IMG/VR virus record: IMGVR_UViG_2816332632_000001
Coordinates: 1-64,000 of that record
Length of the DNA: 64,000 nucleotides
Source: a virus
Taxonomy: Duplodnaviria > Caudoviricetes
Strand: one strand, 5' to 3'
The notes below the pieces were generated by a model. That model saw nothing but the letters and a program-made list of their open reading frames with translations. It was not told where the DNA came from and did no database searches. This document shows positions 46,866 to 58,171 of the stretch, one piece after another. The translations under genes were made by a program, and so were the position numbers. Position 1 is the first letter of the stretch; each line of letters begins with the position of its first letter.

Positions 46866-48461
46866 TTAAGCAGCTAATCGTAGGGTGTTTTTGTTGGAAA
46901 ATGCCCGAAGTTTGTTCGAGCGGTACACGCCCACGTCCTTCGTTTCGCGGGCTTGGATCTTCACCTGCTGGAATCCGCCGTTGGCTTCGGTGCGTCCGGG
47001 GCGGAACAGACGGCGGACGAACTGCTCGTTGACCGCCTCGTCCCCGTCCATTTCGTTCAGCCAGGCGAGCTTGTTGCAGACCTTCTGGAAGCCGTCGAGA
47101 CCAGTGCTCATGGATGGAATGGTTGTGACGATGTACTGGAGCTCCCCGGCCAGGAAGCGCGCCTTGATCTGATCTCGCTGCTTTGAAGAGATGTCGCCCG
47201 TCCACTCCGCCACCGATTCGCCGGCCCTGGTCATGCGCTCGACGACCACCTTGGCGAACCTCTTCGAGTCCATGCCGATGATGGCGGGCTGGTCGCCCCA
47301 GAAGCGGAGGATGCCCTGGAGGGCGCGCAGTTTTGTGCTGACGCACTCCGTGTCGAAGTAGACCTCCCCCTCGTCGGTGACGGAGAGTTCGCCGAGCGCC
47401 GCCGTGCGGAGCCGCTGGCGCAAATTTGCTGGGATCTCGACCGCGAGTGGATTGTCCTCGATCCAGACGATGAGGTCGCGCTCCAGCGACTCGTACTGGT
47501 GGCGCTGCTCCGGCGACAGGTCGACGTACACGGGCAGCGCATCCGGGATCGGCTCGGCCTCGGCGCGGAAGTAGAGCGGGAGGGTCTTCACGAACTCGCC
47601 GGGGTACTTCTCCCCCACCACGCGCTGCACAGGGTTGTCGAAGTGATCGAGGAGCGGCTGACCGTCCTTGTAGACCGTCTCCGTGGTGCACCAGTCGTCC
47701 TGCCATCGCACGTAGTTCGGGTCGATGAGGTCCGGCCAGAGCCAACGGGTGACAGCCCAGATGCCGGGGAACTTGTTGCCCTGCGGGGTGCCGGACATGC
47801 CGAGCTTGTACTCGGAAGCGATGGTCTGGATGGTCTTGAAGCCGGCCGACTTGCGGTTCTGGATGAGGTGGACCTCGTCGAAGATGAGGAGGTCCACCGG
47901 TGGCATTTTGGCGTACGTCTTGAGTTGGACGGAGCGGCGCTCACGGATCGGCACGAGAGCCGGGCCGATGACGGTAGCACCGTTGCCGGGCACGCGCTTC
48001 GCCGGATGCTCCTCCTTCCACAGCGCGCGCTCACTCTCGTTCATCGGCACGAGCACGAGCTCGTCAGAGCCGGTGACGGTCTTGAACTTGGGGCGCCTAG
48101 TCCGGCTCTCGAACGCGAGCTTGCTAACCCAGTCCTGCTTGACGAGGTACTGAGCGCCGACGAAGAAGTGCCCCGGCGCCCCGGCGAGGAGGTCTTGCAT
48201 CGCCTTCTTGCCAGGGGCGCTGGAGTCGATGCGGCGGAGCACGACCGCACCGTCTGTCTGCGCGAGCATGAGGTCCGCGAACTGCCCGTACGTGTCCTTG
48301 ATGCCGACGGTCAGGGTGCGCTCGAACTGCACGGCCGACTCGACGGCGACCAGGGTTTTGCCATAGCCAGGCTCGTCGGCCACGAGCGCCGCCTTGGTCG
48401 GCTCGGCGCGCAGGCTCTTGATCCTGAGCGCCTGCGCTTCGCGGGGCGTCTGCTTCTGCAC
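46866..48461 (-). CDS. SNF2-like helicase
   Basis: ADEPGYGKT, DEVH, SGTP, TGLDG, Q...RLFRPG. Confidence 0.88.
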   Translation of the reverse strand: MQKQTPREAQALRIKSLRAEPTKAALVADEPGYGKTLVAVESAVQFERTLTVGIKDTYGQFADLMLAQTDGAVVLRRIDSSAPGKKAMQDLLAGAPGHFFVGAQYLVKQDWVSKLAFESRTRRPKFKTVTGSDELVLVPMNESERALWKEEHPAKRVPGNGATVIGPALVPIRERRSVQLKTYAKMPPVDLLIFDEVHLIQNRKSAGFKTIQTIASEYKLGMSGTPQGNKFPGIWAVTRWLWPDLIDPNYVRWQDDWCTTETVYKDGQPLLDHFDNPVQRVVGEKYPGEFVKTLPLYFRAEAEPIPDALPVYVDLSPEQRHQYESLERDLIVWIEDNPLAVEIPANLRQRLRTAALGELSVTDEGEVYFDTECVSTKLRALQGILRFWGDQPAIIGMDSKRFAKVVVERMTRAGESVAEWTGDISSKQRDQIKARFLAGELQYIVTTIPSMSTGLDGFQKVCNKLAWLNEMDGDEAVNEQFVRRLFRPGRTEANGGFQQVKIQARETKDVGVYRSNKLRAFSNKNTLRLAA

Positions 48462-48467
48462 GGGGAC

Positions 48468-51400
48468 TCCTTCGGGTGGTGGTGGGTTAGTTCATTCCGG
48501 GGCACCCGCAGTGCGGGCAGGTCTGACACTGGAAGTCGCCGGTGCCCGAGAAAGCGTCCTCCCAGATCTGTGCCCACTCCTCCTCGGTGAGGTGGTCGGG
48601 CTTGTCGGCGCTCACTCGCTCTCCGCTTCGAGTTCGGCTAGGGCCGCACGGCCCTTCTCTGTCAGGCCGCCTGTGTAGAGCTTGATGAGTCCGTGATCGT
48701 GCCTCTCGAACCAGACCAGTCCGCGACGGGCGAATGCAGCGAGCGTGCGCCCGTCGACGCCGTTGAACTCGTTCTGGCCACTGTCATCGAACACTTGCAG
48801 TGCGATGCGATTCGCTCGGGTGTACGCGTCGACGAGCTTGCTCATGCCGCGTTCATCTCCTCGATTGGGTCCGGGAAGAAGTTGAACGAGCGGTAGAGGT
48901 AGCCCGCACCCTCCTGGAGCTTGTTCAGGTGCACAGCCAGCTTGCTCATCGAGCCGTAGCTCCCCACCTTCCCCTCGATGGCGTTCGACAGCGAGTCGGG
49001 AAGGTCCGCCATCTCCGGGTCCGGGTCCACGTTCACGAACTGGATGCCCCCTTCGTCGTCCGCGAGGAGCACGTCGCCGCCGATGGTGGTGGTGCGCGCG
49101 CTCTGGTTCTGAGTCCAGGCGAGGCGGTAGAGCTTGTCATCCGGCTTCGCGTCGGCTGGCCACTGAGTTAGGTCGACGACAGGGGTGCCCGGTTCGATGC
49201 CGAGTTCTCTCAGCGTGCGGGTGTCCTTGTCGAACTCGTTGTATCTGATCTTGGTGTCGCTCATGCTTGCTCGACTCCTTCCTGCCGCAGCGCGGCGATT
49301 GCTTCGGTGATGAGGGTGAGTACGTCGTCGTCGTACTTGTGCTCGAAGTCCGCCTTGCCGCGTTCCCAGCGGCGCGGGTCCATGTGTTTAGGGGCGACCC
49401 CATAGAGCACCACCTGATACGTGTGCGGGTCGCCTGGATGGTCACCGCCTGCGGAGCGAGAGATCTTGAGGTGGCGGCGGGCCATCCCCTGGCCGATGTC
49501 GATGGCTACCTGGACGCTCACGCATTCACCGCCTTGAGCTCAGCGCGAGCGTGGCTCGTCGCATCCTGGGTGCGGTTTGAGTAGGTGCGGAAGGCGTCGA
49601 GGAACCCCGGCGTGCCTTCCCAGAACTCCTCGATAGGCTTGGCCTGGTCGGTGAAGACCTCGATGACCTGTTCGCCCCACGCGCCGGTGCGCACGGTGGC
49701 GTCATAGCCGAGGGCGCTCATGGCGTCGTTGAAGTTGTCGAGCTCCGCGTCGATCTGCTCGATGCTCGGGCCGGCGAGGGTGTCGGTGATGGTGATGCTC
49801 ATGCTGTCCTTCTTTCGATTTAGGTAGTTACTTGCGCCGGAAGATTTGGTTGCGGTGACGGCGGAACCGGGCGCCCTTCGCGGTGACAACGATGAACCAG
49901 TCGCGCTCGTCCGTGTCGAACACCAGGGCGTCTTTCGCCTGTCCGGGGATGTGCGCTTTGCCGACGCACGCGCCGAGTGTGGCGGTGCTCACGTGTCGCA
50001 CTCGCACGGATGCACAATGAAGCAGCCCTGGCAGACCGTCTCGGCGGCGCTGCGGCGTTCGACTCGCGCGACGCATCCGGCGTGCGCCCACCGCGCCTCG
50101 TCGTCCTGAAGGAGGCTCTGGCCTCGCTCGATGGGGTACGGGCAGAGCGGGCACGCACTGTCGAATTGCGCGAGCATCAGAGCAGCGCCGCCATGCGCTC
50201 GCGGGCGGTGCCGACGCTGTCGAAGACGCTCGGCACAATGGTGGCCCCAGTGAAGTTCAGGTGGTCGAAGGAGTTGCGGGACGGCAGGTGCGCCTCGCCG
50301 GGCTCCCACAGCACGACGGGGCCGGCGGGGTGCATAACCACGCGCCTTACCACGCGCATGTGCCCGTCGACGAGAACGGTGACGCCGGGTGTGAGGTCGA
50401 GAATGTCCATGATGCCTAGTCCTCCGAGTCGTATCGTTCGGTGAGCGCGTCCGCAATCGCGGCGGAAGAGAAGTCTTCGAGCTCCGGGTTTTGGTTGGCG
50501 TATCTGGCCAATGTGTTCTCCTTAGTGCGAAATGGTCGAGATTGTGATTCCAATAGCGAGGAATCCGATGATCCAGCCAGCGGTTGCGGCGTGGACGAGT
50601 CCTTTTGGCGGGGAATGCTTCGCGCTCAGGTCAGGGCCGCCAGCTTGGTCAGGACGCGACGGGCGTGGTCACGCTCGGCAATGGTGAACTCCGAGCCGAT
50701 CAGACGCACATCGTTGAGCATGTAGCGCAGGATTTCCGTGTGGGTCCCGCAGTTGGGGTCACCCCACAGCGCCCGTAGCCACACCAGGATCGGGTTGTGG
50801 TTGTCGAACTCGGGGCGGGGTGCGTAGTCAGCCAGGCCGAACCGACCCACCTCCGGAAACATGAGGGCAACCGTTTCGCTGAATCGAGCCCCTGTGGACA
50901 GGAGCCACGGCTCCGGGTCGTGCGTCGTCTTGCCGCTCGTGAAGCCGCTGGTGCTCATGACCAGTTCTCCGTCCAGCCTTCGGGCAGGCGCACGGGCTTG
51001 TCGCATCGGTCGTGCGTGAAGTACTTCGTCTCGAAGTCGCCGCGGTCGTCGTTCGAGAGGTCGATCTGTTCGAGCGAGTAGTCCGTGGACTCGCGCACGT
51101 AGCTCCACCGCTCCGCGTGCTCCACCGCGTGCAGCCCTCCGCCCGGCATGAGCGCAACGCCGCACCACGGGCAGAGCAGCCCGTCGATTGGGGCGCCATC
51201 CTCGTCCCTGTCGACGATTGTGACGGTGAGTGCCGGCCAGGCGTAGGCGTCGTACTGCGCCTTCACCGCGGCGAGCCGTTCGATGATGGCGTCTGCCGCC
51301 TCTCGTTCTTGGGTGTTCATGCCGTCTTCTCCTTCTCTGCCCGTCGGGCTGCCTGCCATGCTTCGTTTCGCTCCTGCTCCGCCTTGCACTCGGCGTACGA

Positions 51401-54400
51401 CTTCCAGCCGGGGATGCTCTCGCCGTCGTACCACCGCTGCTCCTTCTCCCAGTGCCGCACGTACCATCCGCTATCCAGGTTCGCTTCCGCTTCCCGCTTT
51501 GTTTCGTACGTCGGCCCCATCTGCGTGCCCTGTTTGTCGACTACGCACCAGCGTGCGCGCGTGCCGTACGGGATGCGCTCAACCGTCCAGGTTTCGGGCG
51601 GGTTTGCGGCGTGCTGCTCGGGTGAGGTGTAGAGGCTCATGCGCTCATCGCCTCCCGGATGCGCTCCGTAACCTCGACGGTGGTGCCCAGCGCGGCGGGC
51701 GTGTTGCCCCAGCGCTGAATGCTGCCGTCGCGGGCGATGGCGAACTCGAACACTTGGCCCTCGTCGGTCGTACCCCAGCCTCGGAGCTCGATCAGGCTGG
51801 CGTCCCGGATGGTGTCCGTGCTCATGCGATGCCCTCCCAGTCGGTCAACTCGTCCGCGAACGCGGAGCGCACCAGGCCGTCAGCGAACCGCATTTCGAAC
51901 ATCGGGCCGACCTCCTCGTCAACGCCATCATCGGGGCCGAGTTCGCGCAGCACGGTCACGCGCTCGCCGCTGTGCTCGTTGAGCTCCGGCTCACACGTGC
52001 TCTCGTCCGTGGTGTAGCGCGTGAACGTGGCGACAGCGGGTGTCTGGATGGTGCTCACGCTGCGTTCTCCTTCGGGATGTGGCGTTCAGCCTCGACCGTG
52101 TCGAGCATCCGGGCTAGTTCGGCGGTGGGGATGGTCACGTTGCGCTTGTCGGCTGCCAGGGCTGCCGCGACAGTCTCCGTGACCGTTGCGGCTGGCTTGC
52201 GGCGCTTCACTGCGCGGGGCGTCTCGTAGGCGATGCGGGCCACCTGCGCAATGAGCGCTTCGACCTGCTCACGGCTCACGATCGCCTCACCGTTTTCATC
52301 CCACTGCATGAGGTCTGCAAGCTCCGTGGGGAGCGCTTCGAGCTTCGCGGGAATGGTGGGCGCGTCCGGCTCGGATACCGGGGCGATGTGTTCGCCCACA
52401 CGGGCCAGCAGGCGCGCCATGTCGGCGGTCGGGACGCTCACTGTCGCCGCGCCCTTGATCTGCGCTGCGGCGAGCTTGCCAGGGAGCACGTAGCGGGAAA
52501 CGTGCGTGCGCATGAACTCGTCGATGCGGGCGGCGGCGCTCACGCTTTGACCTCCCCGCACCCGTGCTCCGCGGCGGTATCCCAGAGAGCCGCGAGGGTG
52601 TCGTCATGTTCGACATCGCACACTCGCTCTCGGCAGTCGGGGTCCGGGCAGTACAGCGCGAGACTGTCGCTTTCGCCGCTCCAGCGGATTTCGTACCGCC
52701 CTGCAAATTCGTTGCTCACGCGGCGACCTCCTGCGGGGTGTTCTCGGCGAGCCAGGCGAGCGCTTCACGCTCATTCGCCCACAGCCATTCCGCGACCGGG
52801 TTTCGCACCCAAGTCGTGCCGAACAGTGTCGGCTCCGTCGGGATCAGCGTGTCCGAACCGTTGGCGTGCGTCCCCAGCTTGAATGTGGCCGCGTTGGGGG
52901 CGATGCCGTCGGCGTCGTCATACCCGATTGTGAGCTTGATCTGCGCGAGCTCCTCATCCGTGAGCGTGACCACGAGCAGCCCGGCCGCGTCAACGCTGTA
53001 CCGGTTCGCCAGCGGGTCCGTGTGCAGTTCGGCGGGGGTGAACGCTTCGCCCGCCGTGCGGCGCAGCGACTCGTACACCGTGTTCGGGTTCGTCGTGCCG
53101 AGCCCCTGGATGCCGATCTGACGTTTCGGGATGCCGAGCGCGAACGCTTTGCGGACCTCGACGTCCATGTCCCGGGTCAGGCCGGCGATCCGTGCATCCA
53201 ACTCCATTCTGAGCCGGGCGAGGCCGTTCGCCTTCTCGCTGAGCACCCTCTCACGGGTCATGCGGACGTTCGAGAGGGCCATCTTCTGTGTGGCGTCCAA
53301 CTGCATTGAAACTCCATTCTCGGGGGTTTTGCTTGGATTAAGCGTATCGGATGTATCGGAATTTAGCTAGCTAATTTGTACGTATTAGTCAGCAATACGA
53401 ACGCTACATCGGGGAAATACGGTGGCTGCTGAAATGTGACTAGCCAGTAAACGCCTAGGAATCAGCGTTCTTGCGAGATCGCTCTCACTTCACTCTTAAC
53501 ACTTGACCGTATTTAGTTCTTGTAACTACATACGGGGAATACTGGGGGTGTGGGGTATCAGGCTTTGAGGATGAACCAGTACAGCCACATTGCAGCGCCG
53601 GCGGCAACCGGGATGGTTGTCCCGATCAGGGTGTAGGCGGCGAGTCGTGCAAGCTGCTGGATGCGTCGAGCGCGGATGCGCTGGCGGCGAGTCTTCAAAC
53701 CAAGCTCGCGGTACAGCTTGCCCTCAGTCATGCTCGCGGCAGGGTTGAACGTGCGCGCGTAGTGCTGGCGTTCCGACTCTGTGAGGGCTCGTGAATGGTC
53801 CGGAGCCATCACAATCAGGGCGGCGGTGGTGCTCACTTTCCGCCGCCCGTCCGACGCGCAATGATGGCGGTCTGTAGCGCCCACTGCGCAGTGTTCAGAG
53901 TGTTGAACGCCTCACGGGACGTAAACCCAATGAAACCGTGGTCGGTCAGGAATGCGGGGTGAGCCATTCCGGGGGTGTTCGGGTGAATCACGAACAGTCG
54001 CCACGGCTGATAGGCATCCTTGATGAGGGTGAACGTGGAGCCGACCGGCTCAACGCCGAGCTCCACAGCATTCTTGATCGCCAGGCCGGCCATGTGCTCG
54101 ATCTGTGCGCGGGTGTAGTGAGTCAACGGGGGCCACCTTTCTTAGCTTTGCGGCGCCGCTTCATGGCGGCATTGTGGAGTCGTGCACGGTGTTCGGAACG
54201 CTTGCGGGACTCGTATTCGTACCGGTCGCGCTGGCGGGCAAGCTCGTATTCGTCGGGATTCACTTGACCCTCACCCCTGCTCGGATGATGCCGCTAGTGG
54301 CGCGCGTCCGGATTGCGGGCCGACAGTCGATGAGGTACTTACCCTGCTTGACGGGGCGGAGGTCACTGTGCGGGGTGGACACATGCACGCGCTCCCAGAG

Positions 54401-55245
54401 CTGGCCGGGGACTCGGGGCGCAACAGGGGTGAACGCCTCGCACGGGCGCCGGTCGCCCAACCATCCGGTGAGCGCGTTGCGCGCGTCCCGGTCGATACCG
54501 CACGGGCCGTGACCGATCCCGACGGGCTCACCGGCGGCGTTGAAGCTGCCGTGGGACACGCGCTTGTGGCCACAGGTGCAGCGCTGGGCGTCACGGGCTC
54601 GCATTGCCTCATCGTCGATCATTAGTCAGCCTCCACAATCGTCCAGCCGAAAACCTCTAGCACGGCGCTCTCGCGCTCCGCGTTGTAGTCGTCGTACGTG
54701 GCATCCGCGTAGAACTCCTGATAGGTGGCCTGCTCGTTGTCCACGATCAGTTCCGCCGTCCCGAGGTTGAGCTCTGCGGGATCGTTTGGGTAGGACTCGT
54801 GGCCCCAACCCTCGGGATCAGCGACGAAAACCACTGAGCGTCGCTTACCGTTCACGTCCGCGCTGTAGCGGTATGTGCGGAGGTTCATGCGCTCACCTCC
54901 ACCTGTCCGACACGGTTACCGTTCAGGTCGCGGATGATGACGCGCAACCCCTCCTCGAGCGTGTCGCGCTCATCCAGGTTTGCGGCGACTTCACGCAGTG
55001 CTCGCGCTACATCGTCGCCCGTCTGCATTGCCGCATTTCCGAGGTTGATTCGGAGGGTGACTGTGCTCATAGCTCTATTCCTTAGTGGCTTAAATGTGAC
55101 CGGATACGGGGCGCTATGCGGCAAACCGGGCGCGGACGCTGGCTTTGTTCCGCTGGGCGGTCCTCCGCTCCATCGTCCGCTCACGGTCCACCCGGCGGCG
55201 GGAAACGTAGGTGGTGTGACGCTCAGTGCTCATCTTGCGTGCCAT
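48468..55245 (-). other. Array of about 25 small, tightly coupled leftward hypothetical genes
   Basis: For example 48612-48845, 48842-49264, 49261-49521, 50177-50410, 51317-51640, 51637-51825, 51822-52058, 52055-52543, 53833-54126, 54260-54622, 54622-54888, 55114-55245, mostly with 4-bp overlaps. Confidence 0.75.
52716..53306 (-). CDS. Putative DNA-binding protein, first gene of an operon
   Basis: GIPKRQIG...NPNTVYESL HTH-like; palindrome upstream at 53363. Confidence 0.55.
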   Translation of the reverse strand: MQLDATQKMALSNVRMTRERVLSEKANGLARLRMELDARIAGLTRDMDVEVRKAFALGIPKRQIGIQGLGTTNPNTVYESLRRTAGEAFTPAELHTDPLANRYSVDAAGLLVVTLTDEELAQIKLTIGYDDADGIAPNAATFKLGTHANGSDTLIPTEPTLFGTTWVRNPVAEWLWANEREALAWLAENTPQEVAA

Positions 55246-55345
55246 TGTGAATCCTCCATTGAATTCGTTGCTTGACGGTTGGCGTAAATGCCAGGCGCAC
55301 ACCGGATAGGTTCGGGCCGAATCCGGGATGCACCCTACATTGGCG

Positions 55346-56014
55346 CTAACGGGTGGGGAGGACAGGCTGCAACAGGCCAGCGAACCGGTCGCCAATGGTC
55401 ACACGGACGGGTGCCGTTGTGGCGTAGCGGGAATCGGACGGCTTGCCGAACTCGACGCGGAGGGCGAGCGGGTCACGCTTCGAGTTCCCCAGCTTGTTTG
55501 CGCTCACCGCGAACCGCGCGAGGAAATCGCCATTCAGGTGCAGCGGCGCGGCGTCGACGGCGGGCCTCCAATCGGCGAGGAGTCGACCGACGGGCGGATA
55601 GTTGCCCTCCATCGCTTTGAACAGTCGGGATGCGAGGGCAACCCCGTCCCCGTCCCGGATGGTGATGGTGTCGGCCGTGATGGTGACCGTGAGAGTGTCC
55701 GTGGAGGTGTACCGGTCCAAGCCGAGCGCTTTCGCGGTCTGCTTGGTCAGCCATTCAGCGGCCTCACGGGGCACAATGACAGGGTCCGTGTCGGGGTGAA
55801 TGAGCGCCCCGTGGGTGTACTGCCCGACGGCGTAACGGTCGGTTGTGGTGAACGCGTCCGGGCCGACATGCACAGCCTGAATGATGGGGGTAACGGCATC
55901 CTTGGATGCGTGAGGCAGCACAGCGGCGATACCGGCGAACGCATCCGCGTACGGGAACGTGAGCACGTGTGCAAGCTCCGGGGTGGTGGTGGTGGTGGTG
56001 TCAGTGATAGTCAC
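55346..56014 (-). CDS. Truncated DNA polymerase III beta-clamp-like protein
   Basis: HASKD...PIIQAV, TTDRY, EGNYPPVGRLL, LNGDFL. Confidence 0.7.
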   Translation of the reverse strand: MTITDTTTTTTPELAHVLTFPYADAFAGIAAVLPHASKDAVTPIIQAVHVGPDAFTTTDRYAVGQYTHGALIHPDTDPVIVPREAAEWLTKQTAKALGLDRYTSTDTLTVTITADTITIRDGDGVALASRLFKAMEGNYPPVGRLLADWRPAVDAAPLHLNGDFLARFAVSANKLGNSKRDPLALRVEFGKPSDSRYATTAPVRVTIGDRFAGLLQPVLPTR

Positions 56015-56058
56015 GATTACTCCTGTTGTTAGTGGCTTAAATGCGGGTGGTTAGGTGG

Positions 56059-56484
56059 TTAGTGCTCGCACGTGCGAATGAGGGTGGACAGGCCACCCAC
56101 GGTGACGTAATAGCCGGTCAGGGTGTGGCCCGTGTGCAGGTAGTGGCCACGCGCCTCCCGGCCATTCATGACCGTTTCCCTGGGGTCAAACGGCTTCACT
56201 GTGGCTGTTGCATCCGTGGTAGCCACGACGAGAACATAGGCAGCGGTAAGGGCATCCTCCATGTCCTCAATGGGCCAACCGCCTACAGCGTGCACGCCGG
56301 GCAGGGTTACCGTGTTGCGGACGTGCGCGATGATATCGGCATCCGTGGCACCATCCTCCGCGTCCTCACTGCTGCGCTGGTCCTCCACCACAAGCGCTAC
56401 CGCCTGTGCATAGGTGATGGGTGCGATATCCATAATGGCCGGTCCTCCCGGGGTAGTGGTGGAGGGCTCATCCCTCAACCTCAT
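56059..56484 (-). CDS. Hypothetical protein, first of the leftward arm (start uncertain)
   Basis: ORF next to the divergence point. Confidence 0.55.
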   Translation of the reverse strand: MRLRDEPSTTTPGGPAIMDIAPITYAQAVALVVEDQRSSEDAEDGATDADIIAHVRNTVTLPGVHAVGGWPIEDMEDALTAAYVLVVATTDATATVKPFDPRETVMNGREARGHYLHTGHTLTGYYVTVGGLSTLIRTCEH

Positions 56485-56573
56485 AGAACCATCCTACCAA
56501 ATTAGCTAGTTAAAGTGTAGCGATTAGATAGCTAAATGTACGGTTTTATTACCCCACAATGGGTGACATGAAA

Positions 56574-56607
56574 CGAGCTCGAGCGCGCCGGCATGATGGC
56601 AAGCTCG
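56574..56607. other. Candidate cos site (CGCCGGCAT at 56586-56594)
   Basis: Non-coding divergence point; flanked by inverted CGAGCT/AGCTCG. Confidence 0.4.
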
Positions 56608-56755
56608 GGTGCCGGCCGGGGGCATGAGCTCATAGTGTGCCGGGAAACATCCCATATTTTGGTGGCGAATGGGGGTGTTTGCGGGTGCGGCCAGTGCCGT
56701 GAAAATTTTTCGCGATCCGGGCCAAACCTGAATATCCCACCACTACCCTGATGTC

Positions 56756-56941
56756 ATGTCCGACGATCCTCTCCTCAATCCCGTGTGCACCGTGCGGGAT
56801 CTCCAGGCCGCCCTTGCCAGCGTGCCACCTGACACCGAGATTCGAGCGTTCGCAGGCATGGACTCGTCGGTCATCGTCAGCTTTCGGGACGGTCGAGACT
56901 GGCGCGACCTTGCATACTTCCGGCCCGACGGCGACGACTAG
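56756..56941 (+). CDS. Small acidic hypothetical protein
   Basis: TVRDLQAALASVPPDTEI. Confidence 0.55.
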   Translation: MSDDPLLNPVCTVRDLQAALASVPPDTEIRAFAGMDSSVIVSFRDGRDWRDLAYFRPDGDD

Positions 56942-56989
56942 CCCGCCCCGAAAGTGGCCCCCGAATCGCGGCTACGCTTGATATGCACC

Positions 56990-57061
56990 CACCGCTTAGT
57001 TCAATGGCAGACACACCGGCGCGCAAGCCGGAGACGGAGCGTTCGATTCGCGCCAGCGGCA
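56990..57061 (+). pseudogene. Degenerate tRNA-like element
   Basis: TAGTTCAATGGCAG D region, CCGGC-GCGCAA-GCCGG (6-nt loop), GTTCGATTC; about 5-bp acceptor. Confidence 0.55.
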
Positions 57062-57069
57062 GGTGACCT

Positions 57070-57142
57070 TGCCCCGTAGCGCAACTGGTAGAGCGCCTGA
57101 TTCTGGATCAGGAGGTTGTTGGTTCGAATCCAGCCGGGGCAG
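57070..57142 (+). tRNA. tRNA-Gln(CTG)
   Basis: TGCCCCG/CGGGGCA, CCTGA-TTCTGGA-TCAGG, GGTTCGAATCC. Confidence 0.88.
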
Positions 57143-57153
57143 CGCAACACCGA

Positions 57154-57226
57154 TGGCCCGTAGCTCAGTTGGTAGAGCATCCGCCTGTTAAGCGGACGGT
57201 CGCAGGATCGAGACCTGCCGGGCCAG
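57154..57226 (+). tRNA. tRNA-Asn(GTT)
   Basis: TGGCCCG/CGGGCCA, TCCGC-CTGTTAA-GCGGA, atypical T loop ATCGAGA. Confidence 0.88.
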
Positions 57227-57228
57227 CC

Positions 57229-57450
57229 TCACTGCCCTTCGGCGAGCCGCTGCTCCGCCTGACGCACAGCCAGGTTGCGTGCCGCCTCAGCTTCGATGCG
57301 CTGCGCCTGGATCTGGGCGGCCAGTGCGGCGCGAGCATCGCGCTTCTTCTTCGACTCGAGCGGGATGCCGAGCATTGCGGCGCCGAACACCACCAGGAAG
57401 AAGCCGACGACGAGCACGATGCCAACCACGATGGCGATACCCAGAATCAT
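57229..57450 (-). CDS. Small single-TM protein
   Basis: N-terminal hydrophobic run followed by a helix. Confidence 0.55.
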   Translation of the reverse strand: MILGIAIVVGIVLVVGFFLVVFGAAMLGIPLESKKKRDARAALAAQIQAQRIEAEAARNLAVRQAEQRLAEGQ

Positions 57451-57483
57451 GCTCCAACCGTAGCCGACAGCGCCGACAGGGCT

Positions 57484-57639
57484 CTACTCCCCCGAATCCG
57501 GGGCATCCTCGAGCTCGTTGCGGCCGGCGGCCGCTTGCTCCTTCGACCGCGCCAGCAGTTCAACGTCGATCCGCTCCCAGTCCAGTGGCTTCGGGTAGTC
57601 GCCCTTGAAGCCGTCTGCATTCTCTCGTCCAGTAGGCAT
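57484..57639 (-). CDS. 51-aa acidic protein under an SOS box (candidate antirepressor; not in track)
   Basis: MPTGRENADGFKGDYPKPLDWERIDVELLARSKEQAAAGRNELEDAPDSGE. Confidence 0.6.
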   Translation of the reverse strand: MPTGRENADGFKGDYPKPLDWERIDVELLARSKEQAAAGRNELEDAPDSGE

Positions 57640-57642
57640 GTA

Positions 57643-57658
57643 TCGAACATATGTTCGA
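57643..57658. promoter_or_regulatory. LexA (SOS) box overlapping a leftward SigA-like promoter
   Basis: TCGAACATATGTTCGA; minus strand TTGAAA-17 nt-TATGTT-6 nt-ATG. Confidence 0.85.
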
Positions 57659-57790
57659 TTTGCTTCATTTTCAAGCTGGAAAATGTACGGTTATTAGCTA
57701 GCTAATCGGTGGGATTAGCCCACTAATTGCGATAGTGTTGGTGTTGTTCGGGCGTGGAAGCCCAGCAAACACAACGAATTGGAGGATTCA

Positions 57791-58171
57791 TTGACCAACT
57801 TCAAGCACGGCAAGCGCGTCAGACTCGTGGAGAGTGATCTGCTGCGCATCTATGACATCCCGATGCGCGACGGCAAGTACCGCGTTCGCATCGACTTCGA
57901 CGAGCTCGAACTTCTGGACGTCGTCGACATCCACACGGGCCTCGGCAAGTTCCTGGACTCGAAGGACGCCCTGCCCGTCGCCTACAGCGCCCTCGACCCC
58001 GACGTTCTCGAGGCGACACTGCGCAGCTTCATCTCCGACCTCGACTACGACCTGCACAAGAGCATCGACGAGGACGAGGAGACCAACGAGAACCGCTACC
58101 CGGAGCAGGTCGAAGCGTTCCTCGCCGCCTACGAGAAGGCCGTCGAGAAGGCTCTGGAGGACGCCGAATGA
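57791..58171 (+). CDS. Acidic hypothetical protein
   Basis: TTG after GGAGG. Confidence 0.65.
   Translation: MTNFKHGKRVRLVESDLLRIYDIPMRDGKYRVRIDFDELELLDVVDIHTGLGKFLDSKDALPVAYSALDPDVLEATLRSFISDLDYDLHKSIDEDEETNENRYPEQVEAFLAAYEKAVEKALEDAE

Noticed and set aside
55981-56000. GGT trinucleotide run
   Set aside because: In-frame Thr run at a protein N-terminus; no sign of phase variation
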